Below, piece after piece: positions 59,812 to 64,000 of a stretch of 64,000 nt of DNA. Numbering within the stretch: the first letter of the stretch is position 1; the number at the start of each line of letters is the position of its first letter. Origin of the DNA: Phycisphaerae bacterium (GTDB lineage: Bacteria > Planctomycetota > Phycisphaerae > Phycisphaerales > SM1A02); the NCBI GenBank assembly GCA_016795065.1, contig JAEUIU010000062.1:35712-99711 (forward strand). Direction: 5' to 3'. The notes beneath the pieces are model-generated. The model saw only the letters and a program-made list of their open reading frames with translations. It was not told where the DNA came from and did no database searches. The position numbers were made by a program, and so were the translations under genes.

Positions 59812-62220
59812 TCAGAGGACAAAGTCCATCATCAACGACGCTCCGTTCCGCTCGTATCGGACCGCCGATGCGAGGAAGTGAATGAACGTGAGACCTCGGT
59901 GCTCGGTGACAAGCCCGTCACCCGCAGATTGCTCATGGGCCGCACGATCGAACGCGTGCCCAGAGCCGGAATCTTCGACCCACACGCGGATCGTGCGCGT
60001 TGAGGCCCGATAGGCGATCTGCAGCTTGGCGATCCCGTCCTCCCGCTCGCCACAGCCATGGGTCATGGCGTTCAGGACCGCCTCTCGAGTGGCAAGGATG
60101 ATGTCATGCTCCTTGCCGTCAACCAGGCCGGGAAGGGCGAGCCTGAGGCTGCGACGCCAATAGGCGACCAGATCATCGATCTCCGCCGACTGGTTTCCGC
60201 GATAACGCCACATGAGGAGCGGCTGGAATCGCTCCTCCGGCGCCTGTCCGTCGTTGAGCGAGATCGAAACAACCAGAATGTCATCGCCGGCGTGCTCGAT
60301 GAGGGGATGGCTCTTTCCGTTGCGCCGCGACTCGCAGACGAGGTAGGCGGCGCTCAGGACCGATGCCCCAACGCTTTGGGCCAACTCATCCAGACCATCG
60401 CTCCACATGAGGATCTCACCGCCGCCATCGATGGAGGCCACGCTCGTGGCCGCGGTGACCTCGTCGAACCATCCCAGCGGTGCGCCGCCGCGCTCGCCGA
60501 TCACGGAAATGCGTCCCTCGTTGTCGATGCGCGATGGCGCGGGTGCCCCGCAAGTCAGGCTTTCGACCGAGCCGACTTCGGTGTCGATGACCAGCGACGA
60601 CACCGCTACGCTGGCGAGCTGTCGCTCGGCGTGGCCAGCTTGCTCGCCGCTGGCATTCCACTCGCTGACCAGGAAGCGGTTGAAAAGGTCGAAGACCTCG
60701 CGGGCGGTCGCGGCATGGGTGAGCATGCCGCGGGTCATGCCGTGGAAATAGGCGGAAAGGTAGGCCGCCTGGAGGTCGTGCCCCGAGACGTCGGTGAGAA
60801 GGCAGATCACCCGCTTTTCGCCCAACTGAAACTGGCTGAAGAAGTCGCCGCCTGCATCGAGCTTCGGGAAGAAGCTGAGCTCGATCGGGATCGAACAGTC
60901 CCCCTGGGAGCGGAGCATCTGGGCCTGGGTCTTGCCCATGGCCGCAACGCCCGAGCGCACCTCTGCGGTGCGCCGCTGTTCGCGCGTCTGCTGGATCGCC
61001 GCGTCCACGGCGGCGCAGAGGCGACGGGCGTCGATCGGCTTCTCGAGAAAGTCAAAGGCCCCCGCCCGCATCGAGTCGGCGACGATGCGCTGCTCGCCGT
61101 CGGCCGTCATGAGGATCGAGGCCACCGTCGGGTCACTTCGCCGGACGCTGGCGATGAGGTCCAACCCGCTCTCGCCCGGCATGCGATAGTCGGTCACCAC
61201 ACACTCGATGACGGACGGCACGGCCTCGACTAGACGCTCATATGCGGTCTCGGCCGCATCGGCGGCGACGACAACATGCCCGCTTCGCTCCAGGATACGA
61301 ACGAGCATCGTGCGCAACGTCGGGTCGTCTTCGACCACAAGCACAGTGCTCGCCTTCACCGAGTCGGGTCGGGAGAAATCCGAAGGCGGAGGCATGTCAG
61401 AGCACCGATCGTTCAGATCAGACGCCTCGATCGCCTCGACGAGCTCACGCACCGCATCGTCCATGGCGGGGGCGAGCCTTCGGAGCGTCGCGACGTCACC
61501 TGCGTGGCCTGCCGATTCGACCTGAAGGGCCATTCGCCGGAGGCGCTCTCCGCCGATCGACCCGACCGCCCCCTTGAGTTGGTGAGCCAAGGAGGCAACG
61601 CGCGGACATTCGACTGCGTCAATGGAGGATTGAATCTCGCGGATCTGCGATGGCAATTGAACAAGAAGGCTCGCGACAACGTCGATCGCCAGCGAGCAAT
61701 CGCCGGCCACCCGGTCAAGCAGAGCGTCGACATCAAAGGTGGCGGCCTCGGAGGGAGACTCCGTCCGTTCGGCTAGCCGTTCAGGCTCCCGGGAGGCGAT
61801 CTCGCCGCTCAATGAACGGAGCAACGCGTCAAGTTCGGGCCGCACAATGGGCTTGCTGAGGAAGCCGTTCATGCCCGCGGCCGCGCATCGGAATCGTGTC
61901 TCGGCGTCGGCGTCGGCCGTAAAGGCATAGATGGGAATGCGCTCCCGGTCGCTTCCGCACTCACCGCATCGGATGCGCCTGGTCACCTCGTAGCCATCGA
62001 TATCAGGCAGGCCGCAATCCATGAGCACCGCGTCGTAGCGCTCGGCCCTCAGCCGCCTGGTGGCATCTGTGCCGCAATCCGCAACGTCACAGACCGCGCC
62101 GGCCTTTCGGATCAGGGCCGATGCCAGATGCGCGCTCGCCTGGCAGTCCTCGACGACGAGGACCCGAACCACTTGCGAGCCGGAAGTGTGTGTGTGTCCC
62201 GACATAGGCGACTGCGACAA
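59812..62220 (-). CDS. Multidomain regulator: REC - HPt - REC - PP2C/SpoIIE phosphatase - RsbW-like HATPase_c kinase
   Basis: REC1: VLVVEDC...VLMDCGLPDIDG...FLSKPI. HPt: LAHQLKGAVGSIG. REC2: VLVVEDDP...VVTDYRMPGESG...FLEKPI. SpoIIE: GGDFF, LLTDVSGHD, MWSDGL. C-terminal ATP-binding kinase fold: REAVLNAMTHG, VWVEDSGSGHAFD. Confidence 0.85.
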   Translation of the reverse strand: MSQSPMSGHTHTSGSQVVRVLVVEDCQASAHLASALIRKAGAVCDVADCGTDATRRLRAERYDAVLMDCGLPDIDGYEVTRRIRCGECGSDRERIPIYAFTADADAETRFRCAAAGMNGFLSKPIVRPELDALLRSLSGEIASREPERLAERTESPSEAATFDVDALLDRVAGDCSLAIDVVASLLVQLPSQIREIQSSIDAVECPRVASLAHQLKGAVGSIGGERLRRMALQVESAGHAGDVATLRRLAPAMDDAVRELVEAIEASDLNDRCSDMPPPSDFSRPDSVKASTVLVVEDDPTLRTMLVRILERSGHVVVAADAAETAYERLVEAVPSVIECVVTDYRMPGESGLDLIASVRRSDPTVASILMTADGEQRIVADSMRAGAFDFLEKPIDARRLCAAVDAAIQQTREQRRTAEVRSGVAAMGKTQAQMLRSQGDCSIPIELSFFPKLDAGGDFFSQFQLGEKRVICLLTDVSGHDLQAAYLSAYFHGMTRGMLTHAATAREVFDLFNRFLVSEWNASGEQAGHAERQLASVAVSSLVIDTEVGSVESLTCGAPAPSRIDNEGRISVIGERGGAPLGWFDEVTAATSVASIDGGGEILMWSDGLDELAQSVGASVLSAAYLVCESRRNGKSHPLIEHAGDDILVVSISLNDGQAPEERFQPLLMWRYRGNQSAEIDDLVAYWRRSLRLALPGLVDGKEHDIILATREAVLNAMTHGCGEREDGIAKLQIAYRASTRTIRVWVEDSGSGHAFDRAAHEQSAGDGLVTEHRGLTFIHFLASAVRYERNGASLMMDFVL

Positions 62221-62347
62221 CCTGACACGACATCCTGCGACGGTGAACTGCCCCGGTCAGGTTGTTCGAGAACTTCCTTTGCAGCCCTACTTGAGTTGTG
62301 ACCGCCCTGATTCCCCCGAATTGGGGAGAAGCCACCACTGTGCGACA

Positions 62348-62370
62348 GGCACTTCCCCCGGAGAAGTGCC
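62348..62370. other. Perfect 8-bp hairpin in the divergent intergenic region
   Basis: ggcacttc-ccccgga-gaagtgcc. A second 9-bp inverted repeat caacctgac/gtcaggttg lies at about 62218-62266. Confidence 0.5.
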
Positions 62371-62594
62371 CTAAGCGATGTCGGCCAAGGACAAACGTGG
62401 CTTCAGCAGATCCCATCGACCCGCGCAAACACACCTCGCAGGTTCGCACTGGGCTGATCGCCTGAAGTTAGCGACCGCAGACGCCGACGGACGTGGAGCG
62501 TGCCTGCGTTGCGGGCACCGATCCGGGGCGTTCGGGCTGAAGCGTCGGTGGCATAGCCATGATCCGCGCTCAAACCGCACGTAAGGGGCGTTCG

Positions 62595-64000
62595 ATGGGT
62601 TGGTTCTGGAAGAAGGATCGAACTCGACGGAACGGACACGGGGAGACCGGTGCGGGAAGTGCACTGGCCGACCCAGGCGATGGCGCCTCGGCCATCGCCT
62701 TGCTCTCGGACCCTGCCTTCCACAGGGACGTGGAGCGGGCCCTGGCAGACCTGAAGTCCGCCGCCACCATCCTCGAACAGCAGTTCGGATCAACCGTCAC
62801 CACCCTCTATTCGCTCTCCGACCGCGGCCGGGCCCTGGTGGCCAGCAGCGAGCGGCTCGTTGAGATCGCCAGCGGCAAGCATTCCGGCATCCAAGTCCTT
62901 CTTGAAGGAATGGCGCTGGTGGAAGAGCCATTGCGATTCCTGACCGAGTATCGCAATCGCTTTGACGCGGAGCGCGTGATTGAACGACTGACTGAGGACC
63001 GAGCCCTCATTGCCGAGAGCCTGCGGGCCGAGACCGAGATCGACCGAGCGATGGAACCGCTCCGCACGGTGCGCACGCTCTTCAAGGTCGTGGCCGCGCC
63101 GCTTGGCGAGCACGTCCATGCCATCTTTGAGTCGCTTGTCGAGGAGCTTGGCGAGCTGCATACACAGTCACGGAAGCTGGTCGGCAGCAAGTTCGAGGAC
63201 ATGCTTCGCGTGCGGGCCCTGCTCGACGCGATGGTCGAGGGAATGCGATCGCAGCAGCGGTACTGGGCCGAGCTCGCAGGCCAGCGGGCTGAGATGCAGA
63301 AGTCTCTCGGCGGGCTGGAGTCCCAACTGGTCGCCAACGCCTCGCGCGACACGCGCATCGGCAGCACCAGCAAGCGGATCTCCTCGTCGATCGATCAGGT
63401 AGTCACCGGTCTCCAATGGCAGGACATCATCAACCAGAAGCTGGAGCACACCGCCAAGGCGGTGAGCACGCTTCTCGGTCGCATCCGTGACAGGAATGCC
63501 TCGCCAAGCGTGGTGAACAAGGCGGCCCGCCTGGAACTGGCCCAACTCCGAACGGCTCGCGACGAGCTCGCCAAGGCCGAGGACAGCATCAAGGACGGAC
63601 TCGGCAAGGTGCTTGAGGAGCTCAAGCAGTCCGACACCTCCGTTGTTCTCCTGAGCGAGTTCCAGCTTCTCACCACGTCGTCAACGGGTGTGGTCCAACT
63701 CCTTCTGGACAGCATCGAATCGATCGAGTCGCAGCTCGAATCCGCCCTGACCAGCGCGGGCGAGAGCATGAACACGATCCGCGAGATCGGCGCCTCAGCC
63801 ACGGCCCTGACCTCGGCGGTGCGCGAACTCTCCGAGCGGACCCTTCTGGTCGGACTCAACGCCCAGGTGCAGGCATGCAAGGTTGCCCAAGGCGCCGGGC
63901 TGGGCGTCCTCTCGGCGCGCACGAGCGACGTCTCTTGGCAGGTGTCGAAGATCGGCGACGCCGTCGCTGCCAAGCTCGATCGCATCACGGGCGACCTCGC
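62595..64000 (+). CDS. Soluble coiled-coil protein with a divergent methyl-accepting (MCP signalling) domain; runs off the right edge
   Basis: My own translation from ATG 62595 (MGWFWKKDRTRRNG...) is open to the window end, so it is absent from the ORF track. The segment VRELSERTLLVGLNAQVQACKVAQGAGLGVLSARTSDVSWQVSKIG aligns by eye to the MCP hairpin core E-x-T-N-LLALNAAIEAARAGE-GRGFAVVA-EVR-LA. No TM segment is visible. Confidence 0.5.
   Translation, partial: MGWFWKKDRTRRNGHGETGAGSALADPGDGASAIALLSDPAFHRDVERALADLKSAATILEQQFGSTVTTLYSLSDRGRALVASSERLVEIASGKHSGIQVLLEGMALVEEPLRFLTEYRNRFDAERVIERLTEDRALIAESLRAETEIDRAMEPLRTVRTLFKVVAAPLGEHVHAIFESLVEELGELHTQSRKLVGSKFEDMLRVRALLDAMVEGMRSQQRYWAELAGQRAEMQKSLGGLESQLVANASRDTRIGSTSKRISSSIDQVVTGLQWQDIINQKLEHTAKAVSTLLGRIRDRNASPSVVNKAARLELAQLRTARDELAKAEDSIKDGLGKVLEELKQSDTSVVLLSEFQLLTTSSTGVVQLLLDSIESIESQLESALTSAGESMNTIREIGASATALTSAVRELSERTLLVGLNAQVQACKVAQGAGLGVLSARTSDVSWQVSKIGDAVAAKLDRITGDL

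Overview
High-GC, densely coding bacterial chromosomal segment with genes on both strands. I recognised no rRNA, tRNA, CRISPR array or intact mobile element. The gene content looks Planctomycetota/Phycisphaerae-like, but that is inference only. It rests on ECF sigma/Ser-Thr kinase pairs, a WD40 kinase, DUF1579, HAF-repeat and dockerin-like tailed exoproteins, multiple groEL genes, and C-x2-C...RCPECG membrane proteins. Left to right the window holds: a TPR lipoprotein (partial), small LigD_N-like and DUF456 genes, and ECF sigma + STK-WD40. Next come DUF1579, a pilM-N-O-(P-like)-B type IV pilus block, hisS, two tandem zinc-ribbon membrane paralogs and a tricorn-like protease. These are followed by an orphan OmpR-type regulator, queC, moxR and a third zinc-ribbon membrane protein. 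A ~960 bp non-coding gap then precedes the chaperone cluster groEL1-groES-groEL2-dnaJ-grpE-fmdB. After it come an orphan 463-aa ORF, a HAF/dockerin protein, a CobB-type sirtuin, two bPH_2 membrane proteins, a membrane Tyr-phosphatase and TolC-MacA-MacB-type efflux genes. Then a large unknown protein, a metzincin-like dockerin exoprotein, and ECF sigma + ZAS-STK fusion. Then an atypical Opp-like ABC importer. The right-hand locus has a divergent MCP-like gene facing REC-HPt-REC-PP2C-RsbW-like kinase, STAS, a small TM ORF, an ECF sigma, a 13-bp x5 tandem repeat, a TM protein and an internally duplicated secreted protein. The most interesting items are this right-hand partner-switching/ECF locus, the ZAS-kinase fusion, the REP/BIME-like inverted repeats confined to the chaperone spacers, the 11-bp phased TGACAC repeats, and the zinc-ribbon membrane paralog family. 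All functional calls come from reading motifs in the translations. No database search was run.
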